A stretch of DNA of 35,402 nt, taken from IMG/VR virus record IMGVR_UViG_3300037631_000271, positions 1-35,402 of that record. The stretch is one strand, 5' to 3'. The translations under genes and the position numbers were made by a program. Under the pieces are notes generated by a model. It saw only the letters and a list, made by a program, of their open reading frames with translations. It was not told the origin of the DNA and searched no databases. This stretch comes from a virus. Lineage: Duplodnaviria; Caudoviricetes. Below, one piece after another: positions 16,650 through 24,443 of this stretch; positions within the stretch are counted from its first letter, which is position 1, and every line of letters begins with the position of its first letter.

Positions 16650-18422
16650 CTATGTTTGTGGTTGTTGTGATTCAGTATCTAGGAAACTCTGACGCGGTGC
16701 GTCCTCCATAGGATACGATGCAAACTCTGGTTTGATATACCCCAGAGCATCTGTTTGAGGGGCAACGTCTGTTCGCGGACCAAGCCCTGATCCACCGGGG
16801 GTAGTCGCCCTCTGACTCTCTCTGAATTCTCTGTCACTAAAAGCCATTCCGGGGGGTGCCACTAATTCTGATGCCCCTGCTGCAACACCCTTCATGCCAG
16901 CTACAAAGGAAGTGTCTCCCTGCGCTTCTGCTTCTCTGGAAGCTACAACTGCGCTAGATGCTACAGCAACAGGCAGTATGCCTTTTAGTATCTTGCCGCC
17001 TGTATCAGTAATTTGTTTGAACTTAAACCCTGCCTTTTCCATAGCTGAACGAACTTCAGGATTCTGTTCGAATAGTTCGTTGAGACTTGTGGGTGAGGGC
17101 TTTTCTGCGGGTGCAGCTTGTGCAGGCGACGGGACAACTGGTGCAGCGGGCTGGTCAAACATGCCCGGTATGTCATAAGTTGCGCTGGTTACCCTATCCG
17201 TTTCAAAATTAAATCTGTCCGCTACGTCAACGCCCTGTACACCATCAAACCAGTTTCCGACTGTCTGTGCGGCGTCCCTCTCTGCAGGATAGAACGTACC
17301 CCGTGGGCGTGGAAGATACCCAGACTTAGCAGTCTTTGATCGTGTCTCTGCGCCAGATTTCAAACTTCTTCCCTGTAGGAAGTCAAGCATTGTATCAGAC
17401 ATCTGCACTTCAAAGGCTGCTACATTTGCAAATACGTTACGAAGAAGAGGCGCACCAAACTTTCCCTTTTTATCATCGCCTTTATACGCAGGATCGTCAG
17501 GCACAAGAGTGTTAAATTCTTTGTTTGTTAAGTTATCTTTAATAATAGGAGTGGAGGTCTTGATACGAGAAAGAACCTCTGTCATATCCTCCGTGTTTAC
17601 TTGGCGGTATTTTCCATTTTTACCTTCTATTACAAACACAGGTGCAGCCTTATCGGCCTTTATCCTGCTCTCAATAAATGAACGTATGCCCGCATCTTCT
17701 TGATTAGCAGTTAGACGCTGTTGAAGACGAGCGTGTGCCTGCTCGTTTAGGGGCACGTCTTGTGGAATAGCCGTCCCGCGTTTTCCGCCCACCTTTTGTG
17801 CGCCCGTACGTTTATCTACGTCTGGAGTGGCTTTAGTTTGAGGCGTAATCTCAATAGTGCCCCTATCAACTTTATATTCTGCACCAGTTAGTCCCGCTAT
17901 TGCTCCACCGCGATAGCCTGTTTGCAAGTTAACATATATAGCATCAGCAATTACAGCATCATTCCCCCCGCCCTGACGGATTGAATCTAGCTGCTGCATA
18001 AATTCAGACCATCCGGCTTTATTCTGGACAATGATTGCAATTTCAGTTTGTTTTGGTGCGGATACTCGCTCTCCAAAAATATTAAAAGTCTGAGGATCAT
18101 TCGACTCTAGGCCCGGAAGCAAGTTCAGTGCTGGAGATTGTGGATCAGCATTGAATATTTGGCGATTAACATCCCTAGAAATCAGACGAAGATCATCTTG
18201 CAGAGAATTAGATGCGCCTTGACTCTTCATTCCTTCAAGCATCGTGTCGATAGGACGTACACCGTTTTCGTTAGGAGTAAATGCCTCTACAAGGGGCATG
18301 TCTCCATACTGTTTTAATGCACCCTTCGTACTAAACCTCGCAACTTTTCCTGCACCACGAGCATTATACGCATCGGCAGCTTCACGTAGGGTTATTTGCG
18401 TTGGGTCTTTTTTCTCTGCCAT
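16650..18422 (-). CDS. Diverged tyrosine recombinase-fold protein with long C-terminal extension
   Basis: Ordered motifs TLREAADAY, GDMPL, LQTGYR(171)GGAIAGL, VPL, PVF, PLLR(328)NVFA, DFLQGR(352) and SGY(369). Confidence 0.7.
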   Translation of the reverse strand: MAEKKDPTQITLREAADAYNARGAGKVARFSTKGALKQYGDMPLVEAFTPNENGVRPIDTMLEGMKSQGASNSLQDDLRLISRDVNRQIFNADPQSPALNLLPGLESNDPQTFNIFGERVSAPKQTEIAIIVQNKAGWSEFMQQLDSIRQGGGNDAVIADAIYVNLQTGYRGGAIAGLTGAEYKVDRGTIEITPQTKATPDVDKRTGAQKVGGKRGTAIPQDVPLNEQAHARLQQRLTANQEDAGIRSFIESRIKADKAAPVFVIEGKNGKYRQVNTEDMTEVLSRIKTSTPIIKDNLTNKEFNTLVPDDPAYKGDDKKGKFGAPLLRNVFANVAAFEVQMSDTMLDFLQGRSLKSGAETRSKTAKSGYLPRPRGTFYPAERDAAQTVGNWFDGVQGVDVADRFNFETDRVTSATYDIPGMFDQPAAPVVPSPAQAAPAEKPSPTSLNELFEQNPEVRSAMEKAGFKFKQITDTGGKILKGILPVAVASSAVVASREAEAQGDTSFVAGMKGVAAGASELVAPPGMAFSDREFRESQRATTPGGSGLGPRTDVAPQTDALGYIKPEFASYPMEDAPRQSFLDTESQQPQT

Positions 18423-20093
18423 TTAGTATCCGAATACTTCGTCTTGAACTTGATGTACTTGATTCTTGATTGCATTGAGTTGCTGGTGTATAGAGGCGTA
18501 ACCACTCATGCGTGTCATCATTCCGTAACGCAGGGCATCGTATGCGTGATCCTCTGCCTTCGTATCTACGTCTTCGCTGTTCGTCTTGGAGAGTGGTACG
18601 CCTGCAATCTGCTTGACGATGTTCTGACACGAAGAGAAGAAGCGTAGGCGTGGCTCCTCTGTGTAGGGATCGTCAGCGAGGCGACGGTGTATCTCCATCT
18701 TTCCCTGAATACGGTTGCGATCTGATGGTGTCCATCGTACGCCCTCTCGCATCATCACTTCTGCAATTGATGGCCCGAAACCCGTCTTGTTCCAGCATGA
18801 CGAGTCGAGGACCGTGTAGTGAGGTAGTGGGTCTAGCTGTTCCGCTTCTAGTATTTTACCAGCTAGTTCTTCTGCTGTCAAGTGTTTTTGATATAGTTCT
18901 CTGTATATCCAGATATTGTTGTCCCAGTCGATTGCACCCCAGAGAACGCATGAGGGTGCTGCGTATCCGTAGTCGGCCATTCGAATGCGCGGCCAGTTCG
19001 TCGGGAGTTCGAATGGCTCGACGACGTGCTTGGCTCGTGAGAACTCTGGGAAGGCGGCTCCCTCTGCTACGTCCCAGTCGCCTTCGAGGAGACGCCTGCG
19101 TTCTACGTCTGGCAGTGATCTGAGCATCGCCTCGTATTGACCGTCTGCCATGAGGTGCGGATTGTCAGTCAAGCGGGCAGGGACAAACTTTCGGAAGAAG
19201 AGAGGCTGACCCTCCTTCTCGTGTCCCTTCGGCCAGAGGAACGGCTTGTGCGTTTCTATATCGAAGGCAGGAAAAGGCTTATTCTCAGGTGTTCCTTCGA
19301 TGTAGGTTTTCTTGACCCACCAACCACCCACTCCTCCGGGGTTGGCTGTGCAGCGCATGTACAGGTGTTGCTGGAGTTCAGGATCAGTAGTACGAAGGCG
19401 AGAACGCAGGTAGTCCCACACATAAGGCGTGGGGTATTGTGTAATTTCATCTATGCCAATCCAGTTGAATGCCTGTCCCTGAAAACGAGTTACGTCCTTG
19501 TCCTTGTCGAGATAGGTGAACCAGATGGTTGCGCCGGAGGGAAAGACCCACGTAGACTTCGACTCACGAAACTTCGCACCGGGAAACGCCTTCGTGTATA
19601 GTTGGCGTGACTTGTCGATCAGTTCGGTTAGTTCGTCGAGAGTACGCCTAAGAAGAAGCCCACGATGATTAGCGTTGTGACAGAAGCGCAGAGGATCGGC
19701 CAAGAGAGCGAAAGATTTACCGCCCCCGGCTGCACCCCCGTAGAGAACATCTCTTTCACCCGCGCTGAGAAACTCTTCCTGTGGTCCCTCATTCGGACGA
19801 AATACGATCTCACTGTCTTCAACCAAGTCCGCAACGGCTGCAGGTAGATCATCCAAATCTCCTTGATCAATGACTGTCGTATCCTTGCCAACAAGGGCCT
19901 TCTCCACTTTACCTATCTTGGTTTCTAGTTTGCGGGCGTAGCGACGTTTGTCCTCTGCCGCCTTCGTTGTCTTGGCTGCACGACGCTTGGCCCCGTTGAG
20001 TTTCTTTTGGGCAGCACGTCGGGCACGTTCCTTTGTAGACAGGTTGTACGTGGCTTTGGGTGCGTTGGGGTCCTTTTTAGGGCGTCCTGCCAC
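18423..20093 (-). CDS. terL: Terminase large subunit
   Basis: Walker A GGAAGGGKS, Walker B WIGIDE, coupling motif TANPGG, nuclease motifs MADYG and DHAYDALRY. Confidence 0.95.
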   Translation of the reverse strand: MAGRPKKDPNAPKATYNLSTKERARRAAQKKLNGAKRRAAKTTKAAEDKRRYARKLETKIGKVEKALVGKDTTVIDQGDLDDLPAAVADLVEDSEIVFRPNEGPQEEFLSAGERDVLYGGAAGGGKSFALLADPLRFCHNANHRGLLLRRTLDELTELIDKSRQLYTKAFPGAKFRESKSTWVFPSGATIWFTYLDKDKDVTRFQGQAFNWIGIDEITQYPTPYVWDYLRSRLRTTDPELQQHLYMRCTANPGGVGGWWVKKTYIEGTPENKPFPAFDIETHKPFLWPKGHEKEGQPLFFRKFVPARLTDNPHLMADGQYEAMLRSLPDVERRRLLEGDWDVAEGAAFPEFSRAKHVVEPFELPTNWPRIRMADYGYAAPSCVLWGAIDWDNNIWIYRELYQKHLTAEELAGKILEAEQLDPLPHYTVLDSSCWNKTGFGPSIAEVMMREGVRWTPSDRNRIQGKMEIHRRLADDPYTEEPRLRFFSSCQNIVKQIAGVPLSKTNSEDVDTKAEDHAYDALRYGMMTRMSGYASIHQQLNAIKNQVHQVQDEVFGY

Positions 20094-20309
20094 CTAGTTC
20101 TTCTCCGCGCTTCCCTGTGCGGAGCGGCCCTTACAACTGCCGCCGTACGCCATCTTTTTTCGGGACTGATCTACAACCATAGGTATATAGTCGTTCACGT
20201 GCAGATTTTTAATTCCTGCTGCCTCGTCCTGCATGAGAAGAATGTCTACTTGTTTTCTCTGGCTGGAGGTCAAGTCTCTATACTTTGGGTACTTGGACAT
20301 ATCAGCCAT
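20094..20309 (-). CDS. Small hypothetical protein ending in a KMAYGG motif
   Basis: 71 aa, GAGG RBS, coupled to terS and terL. Confidence 0.65.
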   Translation of the reverse strand: MADMSKYPKYRDLTSSQRKQVDILLMQDEAAGIKNLHVNDYIPMVVDQSRKKMAYGGSCKGRSAQGSAEKN

Positions 20310-20706
20310 CGATCACGACCTCTTTTTTGGGTGGGAGCAGGACAACGCCGTGTACTGCAGTTACATTGTGGTTGATTGTCTCCGCCTGCTTCACTCCTAC
20401 GCGATTGAGAAGGCTCTCAGCGGCCTTGAGACGCAGATCATCACCGCGTTCGGGGGCGGGGTTGTCAATTGTGTCTACGAGGCGTGTAGCAGCCTTGTAG
20501 GCGTTCATAGATAGGACATCTTTCGTGCGATCTACGATCTCATCGGCGAGAGTTTTGCGTAACCAGACTGCGCTGCCCTTCGAATAGCCCGCATCGACGG
20601 CTGCGGCAGTCACGTTGCCACCGTTTTCGAAGAGAATGTCGAGGAACTGCGTCTGTTGGGGTGTGAGTTCCCGCTTTTTCGGTGTTTGTTGGGGTAGGAG
20701 GTTCAT
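20302..20706 (-). CDS. terS: Terminase small subunit
   Basis: Start ATG 20706. LTPQQTQFLD...GGNVTAAAVDAGYS HTH and RLKAAESLLNRVG; located upstream of terL. Confidence 0.8.
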   Translation of the reverse strand: MNLLPQQTPKKRELTPQQTQFLDILFENGGNVTAAAVDAGYSKGSAVWLRKTLADEIVDRTKDVLSMNAYKAATRLVDTIDNPAPERGDDLRLKAAESLLNRVGVKQAETINHNVTAVHGVVLLPPKKEVVIDG

Positions 20707-20708
20707 AT

Positions 20709-20909
20709 CTACGTGGATTCCTGCGCGACTATGGTGCATTGGGCACCGACGATGATCATTCCGGGCGTAATCGTGCGTATTTCGCCTATCATCTCGACGG
20801 CACGGGTGCCACACTCGCCCTTGTCAAGGTAGGGACCCCGTTTGTCGGTGAATTGTGTGCAGTCGTTGGGACTATGAAGCCAACATGCAAGGATCATGGC
20901 GGTGAACAT
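20709..20909 (-). CDS. Small hypothetical protein with hydrophobic N-terminus and Cys residues
   Basis: 66 aa, GGGA RBS, first ORF after the leftward promoter. Confidence 0.6.
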   Translation of the reverse strand: MFTAMILACWLHSPNDCTQFTDKRGPYLDKGECGTRAVEMIGEIRTITPGMIIVGAQCTIVAQEST

Positions 20910-21027
20910 CGGTGTTTCCCGTGAAAAAAGGAGGAGTGAGTCGCATTCATGTCCGATACCACTGATTGTATGACGAAGTAATTTTCGTTGTGGGGTGGTT
21001 CGACATAAAAATGCGGCTCACGTCAAC

Positions 21028-21056
21028 AGTATAGGTACTTTTTACATGTGTGTCAA
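21028..21056 (-). promoter_or_regulatory. Strong leftward sigma70 promoter (packaging/structural operon)
   Basis: TTGACA (21056-21051), 17 bp, TATACT (21033-21028). Confidence 0.8.
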
Positions 21057-21065
21057 CTTTTTTTC

Positions 21066-21094
21066 TTGACAAAAATGAAATTCAACTGTACTAT
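21066..21094 (+). promoter_or_regulatory. Strong rightward sigma70 promoter facing a non-coding region
   Basis: TTGACA (21066-21071), 17 bp, TACTAT (21089-21094). Confidence 0.75.
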
Positions 21095-21103
21095 GGGCAT
21101 AGG

Positions 21104-21493
21104 CCCGCCGGGGTAAACCCCATAGGTACCCGCCGGTATCCCGCTGACTACCCCAACGTATCCTTTTTACGCATATCGATAACTACACCGATACAAAATC
21201 GATGGCGGTATTGCTAGCATATGCGGGGGTACCCCAGTGGCCCTTGCGTGCGCCCGCGCACAGCCATTTATTTTTCCATTTGCCGCCCTTGCCAAGGTGC
21301 CCCAGCCCCAGACAAACCCGCCACATATCCCCGCCGGATTATCCCGCCATATATAACGCCCGCACACCCGCGCGCGTACACTAATTTGTCATGTTGGTTA
21401 ATTAGTGGGGTGGCCCGTCGAGTGCAGAAAGCGCAGCAATCCCCGAACATGCAACCCGCCAGATAATCCAGCCTATACAACCCGCAAGGTTAT
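21104..21493 (+). repeat. Dispersed CCCGCC-(AT-rich) short repeats and palindromes; candidate terminus/packaging region
   Basis: CCCGCCGG (21104, 21129), CCCGCCACATAT, CCCGCCGGATTAT and CCCGCCATATAT (21317-21354), CCCGCCAGATAAT, CCCGCAAGGTTAT. Palindromes TGCTAGCA, GCATATGC and GGGGTACCCC lie at 21212-21235. Confidence 0.6.
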
Positions 21494-21511
21494 TTACTGG
21501 CACCGGCCCAT

Positions 21512-21539
21512 AAAAAAACCCCCAGCACTAGGCCGGGGG
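21512..21539 (-). terminator. Rho-independent terminator
   Basis: CCCCCGGC-CTAGT-GCTGGGGG followed by T7 on the minus strand. Confidence 0.8.
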
Positions 21540-21590
21540 CAAGTTGGAGGGAGGAAAGCGCGGTATTAGCCCCCCGCGCAGGGTAACTGA

Positions 21591-22325
21591 TTAAGTTTCA
21601 AAGCGGTTTCCCTTTTGCATGTTTTCACGTGCTGAAATAACTCGCAGATTCCACGGCACGTGCAAGCCGCAGACGTTCCTACCCTTCAGCGGAACGATAT
21701 GATCTACGTGACAAACGATCTTTCCGGCTTTTCTGTTCTTGCGCCTCATATCTCTATAGATCGCTCTCAATCCTGCAACGTCTACCCATGGTGGTTGGGC
21801 TTTTCGTTGCAACACACGCCTTGCCGCCTGATATGCCGTTTGATACTCCATGTACCTTTCTTTATTTTCGATCTGATATTCTCTGACACGCGCACGTTCC
21901 TTTTCGGCATTGGCCGCGCGCCATTTCCTCTGGTGCTCTGCCCGGTATTCTTCAGTCCTGCGAATAGGGGCTTTTTTGTTACAGCAAAACGCGAGATCAA
22001 AACTTGCTCTCTCGCAAATTACACAATTTGCGCTACTAGTCCAGTGGGCTGCAACGTGCCCCTCTCTGCATGGCTGGCCCGTAAAATAGGTTGTAAGCCC
22101 TGCCGCCTTTGCTTCCTTCCTAGCCATCAAATACTGCCGCAGATGCGCCGGGACAGGGTGCTTTTGTGGGCGCTCTATGTCGCCCCAATATCTACGATCT
22201 AAACATTCCTGACAGTTGCCGCCAGACGTCAAACGCCCGGAAACGTGGCCGTGCTTACACGGCTTCCCGGTGAAATACCTTTGCAACCCCGCCGCCTTCG
22301 CTTCTTTTCTGGTGATAATTTCCAT
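21591..22325 (-). CDS. HNH endonuclease with two N-terminal Cys/His repeats
   Basis: C-terminal HVDHIVPLKGRNVCGLHVPWNLRVISARENMQKGN; two copies of RKEAKAAGLxxYFTGxPCxxGH...NCxxC. Confidence 0.9.
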   Translation of the reverse strand: MEIITRKEAKAAGLQRYFTGKPCKHGHVSGRLTSGGNCQECLDRRYWGDIERPQKHPVPAHLRQYLMARKEAKAAGLTTYFTGQPCREGHVAAHWTSSANCVICERASFDLAFCCNKKAPIRRTEEYRAEHQRKWRAANAEKERARVREYQIENKERYMEYQTAYQAARRVLQRKAQPPWVDVAGLRAIYRDMRRKNRKAGKIVCHVDHIVPLKGRNVCGLHVPWNLRVISARENMQKGNRFET

Positions 22326-22349
22326 CGTTCTTTTTCCCTTCCTAAACTG

Positions 22350-22374
22350 AAAAACCCCGGCACAAAGGCCGGGG
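22350..22374 (-). terminator. Rho-independent terminator
   Basis: CCCCGGC-CTTTGT-GCCGGGG followed by T5 on the minus strand. Confidence 0.7.
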
Positions 22375-22385
22375 CGAGGGAAACC

Positions 22386-22610
22386 CTACTTATGCTTCGG
22401 GTGATCAGAAGTGTACGTAGTAACCTTTTTCACCGGCTGCTTTGAATCCATGAAGACTTTGACCTTGATCGGCTGGCCGTACTGATCGGTGCCGGTAAGC
22501 TTAACAACCTTAAAGGTTTTGTGGTGGGTGGTTTCAAAGAACACCTTAGCATTACCCTTGTTGTGATCCGAAACGGTGTCTTTTGCGTGTGCGAAAATTG
22601 AGAGTTCCAT
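22386..22610 (-). CDS. Hypothetical protein
   Basis: 74 aa, AGGA RBS, same strand as neighbours. Confidence 0.65.
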   Translation of the reverse strand: MELSIFAHAKDTVSDHNKGNAKVFFETTHHKTFKVVKLTGTDQYGQPIKVKVFMDSKQPVKKVTTYTSDHPKHK

Positions 22611-22680
22611 TGGTTTCCTATCCTTGTTCCTAGACGTTGAGGCGGGCCAACAACGACCCGCCCCGCATTATAACCACAGA

Positions 22681-23094
22681 CTATGCAGCCTTTGCAAGCC
22701 GATAGATCAAACGGTAACCGCCCCGCCTGTTGCCGGTGCTTCTCTTTTCAAGCTTATATCCGGCCTGTTCAAGCTGACCCAGATAGGTATAAACCGACTG
22801 CTTCTTAATATTGCAATGACCGGCAAGAGTAGGAACCGCCATAAATCCATCGCGCAAATATCCAAGCATCTTACGGTGTGTTGCGTTCAGTTCGACACTT
22901 ACAACGTCGTCCGGCTGCTGGCCGGATTCGCGCAGCGGCTGGCCGTGCATATCGGTATTGTTGCCAGTGGCCGGAAACTCAGCCCGAAACTTAACAAGCA
23001 AACGCTGCCGCTCGTCACGTCGTATAGCCTGTTCGAAGTTATCGCCAAGCTGCTTGAGTTGCGCCAGTAGTTCAGGTGTGTAGATGGTAGACAT
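22681..23094 (-). CDS. Winged helix-turn-helix DNA-binding protein
   Basis: C-terminal MAVPTLAGHCNIKKQSVYTYLGQLEQAGYKLE...YRL fits the wHTH pattern. Confidence 0.7.
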   Translation of the reverse strand: MSTIYTPELLAQLKQLGDNFEQAIRRDERQRLLVKFRAEFPATGNNTDMHGQPLRESGQQPDDVVSVELNATHRKMLGYLRDGFMAVPTLAGHCNIKKQSVYTYLGQLEQAGYKLEKRSTGNRRGGYRLIYRLAKAA

Positions 23095-23123
23095 GTTGTG
23101 TGCTCTTTCTGCCCCGCAGGGCG

Positions 23124-23204
23124 TTAAATAGAGATGAAGGCGGTGATAAGAAGAATAAGAAAAACCAGAACCGCCGTCCGGTAAAGTAACAAGATCGCTT
23201 GCAT
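23124..23204 (-). CDS. 26-aa single-TM hydrophobic peptide
   Basis: Below the ORF-track cutoff. MQAILLLYRTAVLVFLILLITAFISI starts 1 nt after the upstream stop codon. Confidence 0.5.
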   Translation of the reverse strand: MQAILLLYRTAVLVFLILLITAFISI

Positions 23205-23205
23205 C

Positions 23206-24213
23206 CTATGCTGCCAACCCTTCCAAGTACCGCCAAGATGGCCCGTCCACTATCTGCCGGACTTGATCATTGCGCTGGTATCTTTTGCGCTCGTTGCGGC
23301 CATTGGCCTGTGCATCCGGCAAGTGGGTGGCCCAGTGCGTCAGGGCATTGTAACCGGCCCAAAGCGTCAGGCCCAGTTCCTGCTTCTCTTCCTTGAAGCG
23401 TTCCAGCATCCAATTCAGGCGGCTTTCATTGATGGCCAGACGTTCATCGGTTCGCGCTGCTGCCGTGTTTTTCTTGCAAAGCGTTTCCTTGCAGATGTCC
23501 GCAAACTGCTTTTCAGTCAGAGATGCAGACCGCCACAAGCGCATCTGTTCCTTCTGGCCCTGCCACATCTCAAGGCCCATTGTAGCCTTGCCGATCATGG
23601 CTTCAGGCGACACAGAACCCTTGTGTACCTTGCGCTGGTGATATGCCTTCTCACCGCCGAAAACCAACGTGTTCCGGCACAAGTCGCGATAGGCCCCGCT
23701 AAATATTTGCAAGGCCCAAGACATATCAACGCTGTTGAAGATATCCATGCGGCAGCGGACCATGTCCAGTTTACCGTCCTGCGTGGTAGAGGCTTCCTGC
23801 AAATCATGGAAGTAGATTGTGCGATGAACCCGCGCCCCTTCTTCATAGAGACGGTCCACCACTTCAACATTATCAAGCGGCAGATCGGACGCAGCCAGTT
23901 GTTCAGCCTGTGCCTTAAATAGCAGATCATGCGGCACTAGGGCATATGACTTGCCGACTGGCCGGACCTTAAGAATTCCGCCCGTTGCCGTGTTCTGCAA
24001 AGCGTGGAAACCCTCGAGCGGTTGCGGCTCGACGAATTCAACGTCCTGATGGGTGTATGTTGTTTGCGCTTCGAGCGGAACCCGCCGGATTTGCCCGAAC
24101 CGTTCATATAGGCTCACATCGTCAATTCGCTTGTGCGTGGCCCAGATGTCCCCACCCTTTGCCTTCGACCGGCTGGCGGCTTGTTCTTCAATCGGTATAA
24201 TATCAAGTGGCAT
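23206..24213 (-). CDS. DUF932-like protein
   Basis: Start ATG 24213 with GAAAGGGG RBS. Motifs VGKSYALVPH, IFNSVDMSW...GAYRDLCRNTL and TLWAGYNALTHWATH. Confidence 0.75.
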   Translation of the reverse strand: MPLDIIPIEEQAASRSKAKGGDIWATHKRIDDVSLYERFGQIRRVPLEAQTTYTHQDVEFVEPQPLEGFHALQNTATGGILKVRPVGKSYALVPHDLLFKAQAEQLAASDLPLDNVEVVDRLYEEGARVHRTIYFHDLQEASTTQDGKLDMVRCRMDIFNSVDMSWALQIFSGAYRDLCRNTLVFGGEKAYHQRKVHKGSVSPEAMIGKATMGLEMWQGQKEQMRLWRSASLTEKQFADICKETLCKKNTAAARTDERLAINESRLNWMLERFKEEKQELGLTLWAGYNALTHWATHLPDAQANGRNERKRYQRNDQVRQIVDGPSWRYLEGLAA

Positions 24214-24264
24214 GTTGTGCCCCTTTCTCTCGTTGTTGTTGCTGGCATCGTCGCCAGTTCGTGA

Positions 24265-24293
24265 ATCATGGCACACAATTTGCACCAGTTGAA
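24265..24293 (-). promoter_or_regulatory. Putative extended -10 promoter
   Basis: TTCAAC, 17 bp, CATGAT with TGn, upstream of the DUF932-like gene. Confidence 0.4.
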
Positions 24294-24443
24294 CCCCCCG
24301 GCCAAAAAAAGTTGGGAAGGTGGCGGGCTGGCCCCATCGACTCGCCGCCCGCCTGATCAATCCGCCAGTCCTGCCCCGCCCCCGAACGGACGAACAAGAA
24401 ACCGTTAATCGATCCCCAATAAGTTTTGGCGTCAGCCGGTTTG

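Noticed and set aside
21167-21480. Four short ORFs in the non-coding block
   Set aside because: No RBS, mutually overlapping, and composition dictated by GC-rich repeats.
22667-22697. TTGCAA...TATAAT promoter candidate upstream of 22386..22610
   Set aside because: The spacer is 19 bp; possible, but not supported well enough to call.
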